DNA of 64,000 bases from Callorhinchus milii (Eukaryota). This document shows positions 1 through 13,110 of this stretch, one piece after another. The position numbers and the translations under genes were made by a program. The notes beneath the pieces were generated by a model that did no database searches, had not been told where the DNA came from, and saw nothing but the letters and a program-made list of their open reading frames with translations. Location: positions 111,540,001 through 111,604,000 of the forward strand of contig NW_024704742.1 of NCBI RefSeq assembly GCF_018977255.1. Reading direction: 5' to 3'. Position 1 is the stretch's first letter. Each line of letters begins with the position of its first letter.

Positions 1-628
1 CCCTCAGGCTGCCAAAACCCTCACCCATACATTCGTCACATCAAGGCTCGATTATGGAAACTCCCTCCTCATCGACCTTCCCAGCTCTTCCCTTCACAAG
101 CTGCAGATTATCCAAAACTCTGCAGCTTGTGTATTCTCACGCACCAGGCTCCGTGACCCCATCGCTCCCTCCCTCACCCGACTCCACTGGCTCCCCATGC
201 CCCAGAGGATTGAATTCAAAATCCTCGTCCTCACTTTCAAGACCATCCATGGCCTTGCCCCCTCCTATCTCTCTGACCTGCTGACTCCCTATCAACCTGC
301 TCACTCCCTCCGTTCAGCGGGCTCCGGCCTGCTCCATGTCTCCTGCTCGACCCGCCCTACCATCAGAGGCCAGGATTTCAGCCTCTCTGCCCCCACGCTC
401 TGGAACTCCATCCCACAGTCCCTTCACTTCACTTCCTCCCTTGCCTCCTTCAAGGCCAGTCTCAAGACCCTCCTCTTCGATCGTGCCTTCAGCCGCCCTC
501 CCACCTCTCTGCCTTCCCTAACCCCTACCCCATGCTCTGGTCCTGACCCTTGACTATCCAGCACCTTGGGACGTCCTCCCGACGTGAAGGGCGCTCTATA
601 AATGTAATTTTATTGTTGTATTGTTGTT
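1..628 (+). mobile_element. L2 LINE, 3' fragment (runs off left edge)
   Basis: Translates to the L2 ORF2 C-terminus ([20 protein letters not shown]...[11 protein letters not shown]...APTLWNSIP...FKASLKT). Ends in a 3' stem-loop GGGACGTCCTCCCGACGTGAAGGGCGCT and a (TTG)n tail. Confidence 0.93.
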
Positions 629-629
629 C

Positions 630-770
630 TTGAGACAATACTGTGTGCAAGTTGGCAGCATTCACCTACAAAATACATAGTCGCTACACTATACAATAAA
701 TCCTGTGAAGTGTTTTGAGATGTCCTCCCAACTTGAGACATTTCATCAAATACAAGGATTATTATTATTA
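630..770 (+). mobile_element. 3' remnant of Deu-type SINE
   Basis: ctgtgtgcaagttggcagca...tgtgaagtgttttgagatgtcc...caaatacaaggattattatt matches the 3' half of the other SINE copies in the window. Confidence 0.7.
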
Positions 771-2169
771 TGACTTCACAGGTTAATTCCTATCATATAA
801 AGTCATCTTTACTTCTCAGTGTCTTAGTGACTTGTGACATGTTGCCAGCTGTGCATTCCTGTAAATACAAATCCAAAGAACTCTAACATTGTGACAACAA
901 ATGCATCGAATACCGTATTTTCACCCCAATACTTCTGTGCTCTAATAGAAAGTACAATGTTGGTCTTTAAGGTACATTTAAAATTCCATCCTATGCGTGT
1001 AATAGTCACAGGCATGTTCACCTTTATTGTGCCATTCCTGATAAAATTAAAAAAAACTTGTGTAAATTGGCCTTCAAACAGTTGTTCAATATAGGATACC
1101 AGCCAGTCTATGGTGTGCTACAAGGCAGTAACACATCAAAGAGTTGAGATAACATCTTAAGATGCCAGAGAAGTTGTCCTTCAACATATTCTCGATCAGG
1201 GTATTTCAGTTTTCTTTTATCATTTTTGTTCAACAGTGATGGACAGCTGACTCTCACAATCAAAGTGTGATTTGACAAGAATTGGTATAAGGATTTATTT
1301 TACTGACTAATGCATGGAAATGCTACAGGTCTACATATTACATGACAGGATAGTCAATCCTTCAGAAGATGTAAATCTATGCATTTTTAGATTTAAGTGG
1401 AATCGATTTAAGCTTTGAACATATCCAGAAACGTCTTAGGAAAAGAGCCATGTTATTTTCAAGGTTTGTCTCATTTGTCTCATGCAAACGGTTAAGAACA
1501 CTGCATCTTTTGTGTTTTAAAAATATTCTAATATAAATAAACTAGAAATAATGTTATAATTCTTCATAATGTACCAGAGAACAGACAATGGTAAAGAGTC
1601 TCATTTGGATGGCTTTTTGGAAAATCACAATAAAAATAATCAGTGATAATTTATATCAGTGGAGGGGCAAGTACAAACAACTATTATTGAAATGCAACTG
1701 GGTTCACAACAAAAAATAGAAACCACATGGGAGATATATCCTGCCTCTGGGTTAAAGTTTTGTGTTGCCATAGAATTTCCCTTTAGTTATATGGAGAAAA
1801 CAAGTGAGAAAAAGCACATATACCAATACTTTTCTTATGTTGGCAATCAATTTGGCAACTTTGAAGTTAATAGTACTAATCTTTGCATTTGATATAGCGC
1901 TTTATCACGTCATTGAGACGACCCAAAAAGCTTCACAGAATATACTGTAACGTGGGTTGACTGTGTATTATGTGGGTGAAGTTGACAGGTAACTTAGCTT
2001 TTATAGATGCTACATTTTTCATTTGTGTTGTTGATATCACCCCCTCCCTCTCAGGTTTGAAAACCTATCTAAAAACCTATCTCTTTGGCTGTGCTTTTGG
2101 CCATCTTCCCGACCCTCCCATTCAGACTTTGAAACATTCTTCCTTACATGAAAGTTGCAAATTGTTGTT

Positions 2170-2345
2170 GCAGATCTTGCCCACAGTGACATGAGCATGC
2201 ACTTTCCAACAGGAGTCATTGTATAATGATCAGGAGCAGAAATCTTGGCTGATGTTTCTCTGGGTGCTGAGCCCAATTTGATAAGCCTCCATCAGCTCAG
2301 CTGAGTTCAGTTAAATCAGCACAGGCCACAGGGATCGAACTGATG
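2170..2345 (-). mobile_element. Ancient tRNA-head SINE-like relic (family not named)
   Basis: Minus strand carries a B-box-like GTTCGATCC followed by a body (ctgtgctgatttaactga...ctgctcctgatca...ctgttggaaagtgcatg) resembling, from memory, an old chondrichthyan repeat. Confidence 0.45.
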
Positions 2346-2769
2346 ACTTAGAATGAGTTTGTATGATTTAGTGATTCGTTTTTTTTAAAGTGCTCCACAG
2401 TTAGATAAATCAATACATCTAATTTGGTGAATGAGCATCAAATGGAGGTCAAACTAACCACAACACTTTTAGCAGCAATTGGTAATAGCTGTGAAAAAAT
2501 GAGGAATGTAAATTCATCTTTTGTTTTCATGAATTCAGAAAAACAAACCAAAACTGGCTGATTTTTAGGGCTTCGGGTTTTAAAGGAACAGTGACTGCAT
2601 AAAAAAGGGGTTTAGTAAACTTCATTTCTTAGCACATTGTTGCAACATTTACATTTTTTCTCATCATAAAAAGAATACTTGAGTCCCAAACTATCGCTAG
2701 TCTTAGCCTACAAAACTGTTTCTTTTAAATTATACTTTAAAATTGTGCAAAATTCCTAATTATAGTCTT

Positions 2770-2925
2770 CAACAAAAACTTGCATTTATATAGTGCCCTT
2801 CACATGGGGTAGCGTCTCGGAACTCACTCAGAATGACACCGAGCCGAAGAGACATGGGAGGTGACTATAGGCGTGGTTGAAGAGCAATGTCTTCAGGTGC
2901 AATTTGAAGACTGACAAAGTGGGGA
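2770..2925 (-). mobile_element. L2 3'-end relic, third tail type (GAGACGCTACCC...GTGAAGGGC)
   Basis: Reverse complement ends gagacgctaccccatgtgaagggcactatataaatgcaagtttttgttg. Similar tails occur near 36548-36610, 42398-42460 and 61146-61207. Confidence 0.6.
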
Positions 2926-3030
2926 GCTTAATCTCAGTCTTTGAAAGCTTGTTCTTTTTAAGAAGAATGTAAATCCGGTTTCCAAACTGAAACCTAATTT
3001 AAAACATTTCCACAATTCTGCACACTCTTA

Positions 3031-3400
3031 AATAATAATAATCTTTGCATTTGATATAGCGCCTTATCACGTCTTCGAGATGCCTCAAAGTGCTTCACAT
3101 AATATATTGTAAAGTGAATTGACTGTATATTTTGTGGGCGAAACGCGGCAGCCAATTGTGCACAGCAGAGTATGATAAACAGTCATGGATTGAGTGACCA
3201 AATTTTTTTTTATATTGTATTTTATATTTGAAGGGATTATTATCCCTGGAAAAGTAATCCACCAATCGACCAACACTCTATTGCTAGGTAAATAGAGGCA
3301 TGTGGAGTAAGGAAACTTGCCTAAAGTATCGCCCGCTTGGGAATTGAAGCCAGGTTCACTCGCTTGCTGTAGTGCTCTAACCAATACGCTATAGGACTCC
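3031..3400 (-). mobile_element. Young tRNA-derived SINE, long (full CORE-like) variant
   Basis: Head gagtcctatagc..., (ATT)n tail, and an extra ~55-nt internal segment also present in the copy at 16140. Confidence 0.88.
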
Positions 3401-3489
3401 ACATAGTTTTATCAGTCCTGCAGATAATGGGACCCCTGAGAGAGGGGTGATGGAGCCTTGGGCTTCAAACTTGTACAACGGATATGAGG

Positions 3490-4176
3490 AATTGATGGAC
3501 CAGACACTTCAGGAGGTGGTTACCCCACAGCCACAGAGGGTTCAATAGGAAAATGACTGGCTGACATGGTAGGAAGAGGGGACGGGCAGGGCAGAACATT
3601 GAGAGTGTGGATATCTCCAGTAAAAAACAATTGGTTGAACAGGGGGACATAGGTAACAGGAGCAATGCTGTTGTCATGGGGATACAGCAGTAAAAAGTAT
3701 AGACAGGCGTTTCTGTAACAGAAGACGGGAGTCAAGGATGGTATGTTGCCTCCCTGGTGCAACAGTCTTAGACATCACGGAAAGGTAGATAAAATTCTTC
3801 AGAAGGAAGGGGAACATCCAGAAGTAGTGATTCAGGTTGGGATCCATGATATTGGTAAAAAAAAGGGCTGAGACACTACAGGGTGAATATCAAAAGCTGG
3901 GGAACAAACTAAAGAATAGAACATCCAAGGTGATGATCTCTGGATTATTCCCTGTGCCTCGGGTAAATAAGTATCATAATGACAGGATCAAGCATATGAA
4001 TGCTTGGCTGGAGAAATGGTCCAGAAAAGAGTTTCTGGATCAGGTTTCTGGATCATTGGGACCAGCTCTGGGGCAGGTGTTACCTGTACCATATGGATGG
4101 GTTACACTTAAACAGGGCTGGAGCGAATGTCCTTGCAGACAGGTTAACTAATGCTGTTGGGGAGGATTTAAACTAG
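3490..4176 (+). pseudogene. CR1 ORF1, SGNH/GDSL esterase-like domain, frameshifted
   Basis: AVVMGDT...RMVCCLPGA...VVIQVGIHDIG...VMISGLFPVPR...MNAWLEKW...DGLHL, spread over several frames. Confidence 0.85.
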
Positions 4177-4267
4177 TTTTGAGGGGGGAAGGGAATGCAA
4201 AAAAACGAAGAGCTAGAAAATGGAGAAATAAAATGGGGGGGAATTGCAGAACAGGTCAAGTCGGTCT

Positions 4268-7012
4268 TGGAATGCATGTGCCTAAATGCACGGAGTTTAG
4301 CAAACAAGATTGGTGAGCTGCAGGCTCAAGTGGTCATAGGGGGATACAATGTAGTAGCAGCAACAGAGACTTGGCTCAAACAAGGACAGGAATGGTAGCT
4401 GAATATTCCTGGCTACAATGTATTCAGGAGGGATAGGGAAGGAAAAAAAGGAGGGGGTGTGGCAATGTTAATCAAGGATACGGTTATAGCCGTGGAAAGG
4501 GTCGAGGTGCTGGAGGGCCCCAAAACGGAATCTATCTGGTTAGAGTTAAGGAACAAAAAAGGAGCTGTTACGCTGGTAGGAGTATACTATAGACCACCAA
4601 ATAGTGGGAAGGAAATAGATGAGCAGATCTGCAAGCAGATCTCAGACAGATGCAAGGCCAATAGAGTCGTGATAATGGGGGACTTTAATTATCCCAACAT
4701 AGACTGGCAAAACAACAGTGCAAAGGGCAAGGAGGGGGAAATATTCCTAAAATGCATACAGGACAACTTTCTTGATCAGTACGTTTCCAGCCCAACAAGG
4801 AAGGAAGCAGTGCTGGATCTAGTTCTGGGGAATGAAGTAGGGCAAGTGGAGCAGGTTTCAGTGGGAGAGCATCTGGGCAATAGTGATCATAACATCATTA
4901 GATTCAGAGTGCATATGGAAAGAGACAAGGAACCATCTAAGGTGAAGATACTCAACTGGAAGAGGGCAAATTTCAGTGAGTTAAAAAGGGACCTAGCCAA
5001 GGTGGACTGGAAAGAAAGATTGGCAGGTAAAACAACTAAAGAGCAGTGGGAAGTCTTCAAAGATGAGATAGCTTGGGGATAGAATAATACATTCCCACAA
5101 AAGGGAGAAGTAGGGCATCCAAACCTCCCTGGATGACGAAGGTAATTGTATCTAGAAGGAAGCAGAAAAAGGAGGCGTATGACAATTGTCAAACCCAAGA
5201 TACAGAAGACAACCAAATAGAATATAGGAAGTGCAGAAGAAAACTGAAAAAGGAAATAAGAGGGGCAAAAAGATTATATGAAAAAAGGTTAGCGGGTAAC
5301 ATTAAAAGCAATTCTAAAATATTTTACAGATATATCAAGAAAAAACGGTTAGTCAAAGGTAGGGTGGGGCCAATTAAGGACCAAGGCAGTAAATCTTATT
5401 GTGGAGGCAGAGGGCATGGCTGATGTACTGAATGAGTACTTTGCATCTGTCTTCACAAAAGAAGTGGATGCACCAAATACCGCAGTATCGGAGAGGGTAG
5501 AAGAAATGGATAGGATAATATAAACAGAGAGGAAGTACTGAAAAGGTTGACTGGACTGAAGGTAGATAAGTCACCTGGTCTGGACAGGATGCAGCCAAGG
5601 GTACTACGGAAGGCATGGGAACAAATAGCGGAGGCTTTGGCTACAATTTTTCAATCTTTGTTGTACACAGGGGTGGTGCTAAAGGACTGGAGAGTGGCCA
5701 ATGTTACTTTCTTGTACAAAAAGGGACAGAAGGACAAACCTGGGAACTGTAGGCCAGTCAGCCTAAAATCAGGAGTGGGGAAACTCCTGGAGACTATAAT
5801 CCGGGACAGAATAAATCTTCACTTAGAAGAATATGGGTTAATTAGGGACAGCCAGCACGGATTTGTTAAAGGCAAATCTTGTCTAACAAATCTAATAGAA
5901 TTTTTCGATTGAAGTAACGGAGAGGGTGGATAAAGGTAGTACAGTTAATGTAGTTCATATGGACTTTCAAAAGGCATTTGACAAAGTGCCACATGAAAGA
6001 CTTATAAGAAAAATAGAAGCCGGTGGTATAAAAGGGAGAGTGGCAGCATGGATCCAGAACTGGCTGCGAGACAGAAAGCAGAGAGTTGTGGGGAATGGCT
6101 GCTTTTCTGACTGAAGGGAAGTGTACAGTGGCGTCCCCCAAGGATCGGTATTAGGACCACTGCTCTTCTTAATATACATAAATGATTTGGACTTGGGTAT
6201 AGCAAGTACCATTTCCAAGTTTGCGGACAACACAAAGTTAGGTGGGGTGGTAAACAGTGAGAAGGATAAGTAGCCAACTGTAGGAAGACACAGACAGAAT
6301 GGTAAAATGGGCAGACACATGGCAGATGAGTTTCAATGTGGAGAAATGCGAGGTAATGCATTTTGGAAGAAAGAATGAGGGGAGGCAATATAGGCTGGTA
6401 ATACAATCTTAAGGGGGGTGAAAGAACAGAGAGACCTGGGGGTGCAGGTAAATTAATCCTTGAAGGTGGCAGGACAGGTAGATAAAGCTGTAAAATGGGC
6501 ATATGGGATACTAGGCTTTATAAATAGGGGCATAGAGTGCAAGAGTCAGGAGGTTATGATTAACCTATATAAAACACTGGTTAGGCCTCAGTTAGAATAC
6601 TGAGCCCAGTTCTGGGCACCACACTATAGGAAGGATGTTAAGGCATTGGAAAGGGTGCAGAGGAGATTTACAAGGAGGGTACCAGGAAAGAGAGACCTTG
6701 ATTATGAGGAAAGGCTGGAGAGGCTGGGATTATTCTCATTGGAGCTGAGAAGATTACGAGGAGACCTAATAGAGGTCTTCAAAACCATGAGGGGATTTGA
6801 TAGGTTAGAAAGGGAAAAACTGTTTCCACTGGTGGGTGTGTCGGTGACTCAAGGTCACAGGTTCAAAATAGTCTCTAAAAGAAGCAGAGGGGAGGTGAGA
6901 AGAAATTTTTCATGCAGCGAGTTGTTCGAATCTGGAACGCATTGCCTGAAAGGGTGGTCGAGGCCGATTCGATAACAACTTTTAAAAACGCGATGGATGG
7001 GTATTTGAGGAG
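4268..7012 (+). pseudogene. CR1 ORF2 (APE endonuclease + reverse transcriptase), inactivated
   Basis: [68 protein letters not shown]. The catalytic F/YADD reads FADN (6220-6231). Stops at ~4396 and ~6112, plus several frameshifts. Confidence 0.95.
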
Positions 7013-8174
7013 GATTATGGGGAAAGGGCTGAGAATTGGGATTGACATTAATTGCCCTTTTCAAATAGCCGGCACAGACTCGATGGGCCGAATGGCCTCT
7101 TTTTGTGCTGTACGATTCTATGATTCTATGATATATACCCTCATCGTATTGCATCATTTTAAGATGAACATGTTGAATTTCACACACTTGGTTCCTCTGG
7201 CTTTTCTCCTGCCTGAAATAACTTGACATTTACCCAACATTTTTGCTGAACCCGGTATCTCTTTTACTAAACAAAAACTTTACAGATTTTCATAAAAATA
7301 CATTTGCAGAACCAAACAGAGAATTTAATCATTCACAATATGCAAACCTATACATTAATCTACAGGTAAGCAATAACAGAATACATTCAAACATAATAGG
7401 AAGTGCCCAAGGTTAGAGAATGGGGTCTATTTAACAATCGGTTCAATATTTAGAACATTGAGAGGACCCAATTATATGTGTCTCAGACCTTTCTCTGGAC
7501 ATTTTCGTAATAATTCTAAACTTATTTTCATCATCATTGCAAGATATAACTGTTGTTTAACAGTGTAAGAAAAACCTATAAAATCCACATTGGTTTAAAG
7601 TGACAAGCAGACTCAATTCAGGAAGTAATATTGTTGAGTGATATTGTTGATAAGGTTCACTGTATAGTATGTAAGTGAACAATTTGGACTCTATAAACCA
7701 GAGCTGATTCATTGGTTTGACATGGACAGTATTGACTTCAGCTTTGATGCTGAATATTGATATGTTAGGAGCTATAACCTCATCATCTTGCATCATTCAC
7801 TGGAAACTATAGGCAATTGAGTAAAACCTTCAAAATGTTCATCCATCACCACACATAGATCATTCAACCCTCCATCCTCCCTTTAGAGAAAGCAATACCC
7901 CGTCTGGCCCACAGAGCTCCACCAGTGCAAAAATGATCCTGAAGGATTATTTGTAGGTGTTTTCCAACTTAATAACAGTTTGTATTACATACGGTTGTTA
8001 AAATGTATTTCCAGGTGAATATACCATTGTGTACGTTATTCATTTTTGGTTTCATCTAGCTTGTGGCTTGCCCTGCCATTGCTATTTGAGAGATATGTGA
8101 AGTCTTTTCATGGTTAACCTGGTTTATATTCCCCTCCTAATCAAATTTTCATCCCAAATTTTCAAATTACTTAC

Positions 8175-8359
8175 CTGCTGATCCCATTGTTGTTTAAGGG
8201 ACGTTACTGGCTCAGAATAGTCACCATATTTGCCTCTAAAACCTTGTATTTTGAAGGAGTTACACATGATAGTCTGCTTTTCAGAGTCTATTCCATCCAC
8301 ATTTTCACCCGTGCTGTGTGATTGTAAATGTCTTCCAATAGCTAGACCCATCTGAAGCA
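8175..8359 (-). CDS. Candidate internal coding exon (185 nt, phase 1 to 0), product unrecognised
   Basis: Acceptor atttatgtttacAG, consensus donor CAG|GTAAGT, and a single open frame LQMGLAIGRHLQSHSTGENVDGIDSEKQTIMCNSFKIQGFRGKYGDYSEPVTSLKQQWDQQ. No homology recognised. Confidence 0.3.
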
Positions 8360-9629
8360 CTGTAAACATAAATCTATACCCTTCTTATTATGCTATCACA
8401 ATCCAAGTTGAACAGATTGCTTACATGTAAACCATCCTATGCATCTCATCATTTAAAGAACATGACTCTTTCAGTCATTTTCTAATGAGAACAAATGTAA
8501 GTCTGTAAGCCTCTCACAGCTTCAGGTTCCACAGGGGAAAAATTCTAGTGAGGATCAGGAACATTGTCTTGGTGATGTAAGCCTCAATGGGATGTCCCAT
8601 TGTAAATATACAGTGCCCTTGGGTGCTGCTTCTGGTGTAGCGTAATTATAATGGAACAACTTATTGGTGGCTAATATTTACAACAATGAAGAACTCATTT
8701 AAAAAGTAGCTTGATGGTGTGATGGGAAGGGATTATGGAAGGTTGAGACTAGATGGATGCAGATGTCCAATGCAGACAAGATTGAGCAGGACTCTGGCAT
8801 CAACTCAGTTGAAATCCTCGCTGGGCTTACCGATGAAGAGTGGCAAGTGAGAAAGATATGAGAGAGTTGGCAACAACCATAGAGTTGAACCCCTATAAGA
8901 ATCACTGACTTCAGGGCAGAAAAAGTGAAACAAATGGTTAAAAAGAGATTTAAAAATCCTAAGTTAGACAAATGACTTTTGATGAAGTGAAGATCTGTAA
9001 CGAAGAATTTACATGTTCATACACGACTGTATAATTTTCAGTGGCTTCACCAGTGAACTAAAAATATCAGAACAATATTTTATGACATTATCAAATGGTC
9101 TTGAGTTGAAACATAATATTACATGATCTTTGTTGTCAAATGTATTTATTTTTATTTGTTGGTATTGTTTGTTGTCAATTCTAAAATACATTTTTCAGTT
9201 CAAGAAGCAACACTAACTGATAGAGTAGGTGGAAGGAAACACGTAGTACACTATGTGCACTAGCGCAGAAACCATTATTCACCCATCATTACTGTAAAAA
9301 GCTGAAGGAACTGACATTCAAATATTACTGTTCAGATTCAACTACCAAACTATTCATATAACATATATTTTAGCTTCTGAAAATGTTTTTCTAAATTAGA
9401 CTCTGGGTTTAACAACATGTACTCTGTATGTTTTTGTAAGGTTAATTGTAAAAGTCTGAACATGGATCATTGCTGAGTCCATTTCCCTACTACTGTGACT
9501 TGTGCATTACTGCAGCAAATTATGTGCTTTGTGGCTTGGGGTATGGTGCTTGTGGTGAAAACAATTGTGTGTGCCAATGTGTGAACTGGATTGTATTCAT
9601 CATGGATTACTTATGCATCCGTACAGTAC

Positions 9630-9860
9630 AATAGAAATTTACAGTTATATAGTGCTTTTCACTTCAGGAGCATATGTTAAGGTGCTCGACAATCCTGACT
9701 TGGCACCTGAGCTGGAGTGGGAACCGACGAGAGTCGGGAGGGGGAAGGTGACCAGTTGTGCAATCAACCAGAAAGTAAATTTTGGAGGGACTCTGGGATG
9801 GAGTTCCAGAGAGTGGGGCAGATAAGCTGGAAGTCTGACCGCTGATGGAGCCCATCAATT
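9630..9860 (-). mobile_element. Old L2 3' relic
   Basis: Degenerate L2 tail plus a ctctggaactccatccc segment on the minus strand. Confidence 0.6.
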
Positions 9861-10019
9861 GAAGCTATTAAACAATGGACACTGACTTAAATCACACCAT
9901 TACAGTCCGGAATGAATAAATGATTTCTGACTGTTTCAGCAAACACCTTTAGGCTTTAAAACTCGTTCAGATAGTCAGTATAGGCACACAAATATCAAAA
10001 GTGCTGTAAATGTCTATGG

Positions 10020-10100
10020 TTCTAAGGTCCAAATCCCTGACTGTCCAGCGCCTTGGGTCATCCACCCGACGTGAAAGGTGCTATACAAATGTAATTTTGC
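10020..10100 (+). mobile_element. Isolated L2 3' tail
   Basis: ctgtccagcgccttgggtcatccacccgacgtgaaaggtgctatacaaatgtaatttt. Confidence 0.75.
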
Positions 10101-10339
10101 AATTTTTTTGTACATGGAAAAATATTTATTGTTTCTTAGTTTTCTTCTTTCCCCTTCTAAATTCATTGTCCATTTGCACTGTTCTGCTCAGTCAAGGTGG
10201 CTCAACCTGACCCGTAAAAAACATTTGCATGGACACTATCAATGTTGTTGGTATAAACTGAGTTCCTACTCCAAACTATTTTTTTCTTTCCTTTTTACTT
10301 CTCAGATGAGCCAATGAAAATCAATGAAAAGCAGGCAAG

Positions 10340-10932
10340 TTATGCTAATCTTATATCAAACCTTGGCTAGACCACACTCGGAGGACTGTGTACATTCTGG
10401 TGCCCATATTATAGAAAGGATGTAGAGGCACTGGAGAAGATGCAAAGGAGGTTTACAAGAATGATACCGGAACTGCAAGGTTATACCTATTAGGAAAGGC
10501 TGAACAGGCTTGGACTCTTTTCTCTTGAAAACAGAAGGATGAGGTGGACCTAAAATTATGAAAGGCTTTGATAGGGTAGACGTAGAGAAGATGTTTCCAC
10601 TTGTGGGCGAGACCAAAACTAGGAGCCGTCAATATATAATAGTCACTAATAAATCAAATAGGGAAGACAGAAGAAACGTCTTTACCCAGAAAGTAGTGGT
10701 AATGTGGAACTTGCTACCACAAGGAGTAGTTGAGGCGAATAGGTGCATTTAAGGGGAAGCTAGATAAGTACAGAAAGGAAAGAAAGGAAAGAGAGAAATG
10801 AATAGAAGATTATGCTGATAGGCTTAGTTGAGGAAGGGCAGGTGGAGGCTCATGTGGAACATAAACACCGGCATAGACCAGTTGGACCGAATGGCCTGTT
10901 TCTGTGCTTTATATTCTATGTAATTCTGTAAT
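10340..10932 (+). mobile_element. CR1 3' fragment
   Basis: LYQTLARPHSEDCV, LEKMQRRFTRMIP, MKGFDRVDVEKMFP; 3' end GGACCGAATGGCCTG...ATTCTATG. Confidence 0.9.
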
Positions 10933-11066
10933 ACTACAGACCCCTTATGCAAGCTTAAGTCAAAACATCAGTTAAAATGTGAGATTGTAACATAAGTCAA
11001 TTGGCAGCACTTCATTCTAATTTACAGCTGTTGGGTTCAAATATAGCTTGGCGGTAAGGCACTTGA

Positions 11067-11291
11067 GGTCTGAAATTCCACCTAGTCTTCGCCTGTGAGA
11101 TGATTGTGCCTTAAAATTCATGAAGACACAGAATTGTGGCAAATTCTTCAATTTAGTTTAAATTTGGAAACTGATTCTTTTCAATAACTGTAGAAAACTG
11201 GCTCCTAATTGAGACTAAATTTAAGAATTTTACCACAGTCCTGCATAATCTTAAATGTAAAATGGTCTCACAGGTTAAGATTAGGTGAAAT
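11067..11291. mobile_element. Hairpin/MITE-like element with long imperfect terminal inverted repeats
   Basis: The 5' end aaattccacctagtcttcgcctgtgaga pairs with the 3' end tctcacaggttaagattaggtgaaat. A second copy lies at 17004 in opposite orientation. Confidence 0.7.
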
Positions 11292-12034
11292 GTTGGGGGC
11301 TTGTTTGACCTTCAACTATCCTTTCCACCCCACATCTGTGACATGACCCGATCTGCCTTCGCCCACCACTGCAACATTGCCCGGTTCCGCCACTGTCTCG
11401 CACCACAGGCCGCCAAAACCCTCATACACGCCTTCATTACATCGAGGCTTGACTATACAAACTCATTGCTTGTCGGCCTCCCCAACTCCTCTCTCCACAG
11501 GCTGCAGATCATTCAGAACTCTGCAGCCCGTGTTCTCTCCCGCCCTCGGCTCCACGAGCCTATCACCCCCATCCTGCCCAACTCCAGTGGCTTCCCATCA
11601 CACAGAGGATACAGTTGAAGTTCCCGGTTCTCACCTTCAAAGCCCTCAATGGTCTTGCTCCCCCTACCTCTGTGACCTCCTATCCCCCTACCATCCTGTC
11701 CGCACCCTCCATTCAGTGGGCTCCGGCCTGCTTCACGTCCCCCGACTCGCTCGCCCCACTATTGGTGGGCGGGCCTTCTGCCACTCGGCCCCCACCCTCT
11801 GGAATTCCATCCTACAGTCCCTCCATCTTGCCCCCTCCCTTACCATCTTCAAGACTCATCTCAAGACCCATCTCTTCAGTCGAGCTTTCAATCACCCTAC
11901 TTCCCCCCCCGCCCTCCACCCTCCCTGATCCCGAACCCCAGCTCAGGTCCAAGCCTCTAACTATCCAGCACCTTGGGACGTCCTCCCGACGTGAAAGGCG
12001 CTCTATAAATGTAATTTTGTTGTTGTTGTTGTTG
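11292..12034 (+). mobile_element. L2 LINE, 5'-truncated (~740 bp)
   Basis: [21 protein letters not shown]...LQIIQNSAARVL, GGRAFCHSAPTLWNS; 3' stem-loop and (TTG)n tail. Confidence 0.94.
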
Positions 12035-12904
12035 AAGATTTGCTGGTGTTGTGTGCTGTATATCTTGTAGATATTTATGAGAGTCTAGATATTTAATTGT
12101 TTGATGCTACTAATATAAGATGTTAGTGTTACAGGGAAATCAATATGTGACTAATTTTCGTAGGGGAAGCTCTGTAACAGAAACAAAATGGTATGCAAGG
12201 AGGAGACACAGCTGAGAAAGCAGCATGTAAATGATAATAGTACATAATATTGAGTTTTATGTGCTTCTCTTCACATTATTTGAACAATAAAAGACTCACA
12301 AGGTTAACAAAAACATCACCGATCATTTTTCAAGTGTGATTCTTTTCCACTATTCGAGGAGAGGCTGAAATCCACTTCTGTAAAGAGTAATGCATCTGTT
12401 TTTCTATTTATATGGATTATCGATCTCAGGAAGTGGTGGATCACAGAAATAAATGTTGGACAGCACATCACCATCATCATTGCATTTGATATAAAGTCAA
12501 GTCTTTCATGTTGGGAAGTTGTCTTAAAGCACTTTACAGGATTTGCTCTGTTTTTTGCATGCCCATGAGCATCCTATGTCTTTATTTTCCACTGTTATAC
12601 CAAAGATTTTTATGGTTACCTATGTTGCGCAGAGATGGGATAGTAAGATTTTTGGTGACACTCTTGGGGTTGCAGTCAATTGGGGATCAATGCCAGTGAG
12701 GGTTCTGCAAAATGGATCTGGAATGGAGAATAGTGGAGAAAGAATCCAGAAACCATCAACTTATAAATGAAAAAAGGTCAGATCTCTGGGAAGGCAGATT
12801 TGTGCAGAAGGGAAATCAGCTGGGCTAAAAGACGAAGAATGTGTGGTGAGGAGGGGAGGTAGAGAAGAGAGATACTGTGAGCACAGAATGAAAGGCAAAC
12901 CTAT

Positions 12905-13110
12905 AGTAAACCTACCTTCAAGACCCATCTCAAGACCCTTCTCTTCAACATTGCTTTCGATCTCCCTGCTTCTCCTCCTGCCCTCCACCCTCCCGACCCC
13001 GACCCCCCCCAGCTCGGGTCCATAACTCTATCTGTCCAGCGCCTTGGTACATCCTCCTGACATGAAGGCCCCTTTACAAATGTAATTTTGTTGTTGTTGT
13101 TGTAGTAGTT
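12905..13110 (+). mobile_element. L2 3' end
   Basis: ttcaagacccatctcaagacc...ccagcgccttggtacatcctcctgacatgaagg...(TTG)n. Confidence 0.8.

Larger units (their letters stand above)
3420..7132 (+). mobile_element. CR1 LINE, ~3.7 kb, 5'-truncated within ORF1, decayed
   Basis: ORF1 esterase fragment, then ORF2 endonuclease and RT motifs, then CR1 3' end GGGCCGAATGGCCT...(GATTCTAT)2 at 7114-7132. Confidence 0.96.

Noticed and set aside
4887..7229. Several 80-166 aa minus-strand ORFs
   Set aside because: They are antisense shadows of CR1 ORF2.
8175..8359. Resemblance of the candidate exon to ECRG4/UCMA (QQW..) or to an FN3 end (YGDYSEP)
   Set aside because: Only a few residues match, which is insufficient to assign a gene name.
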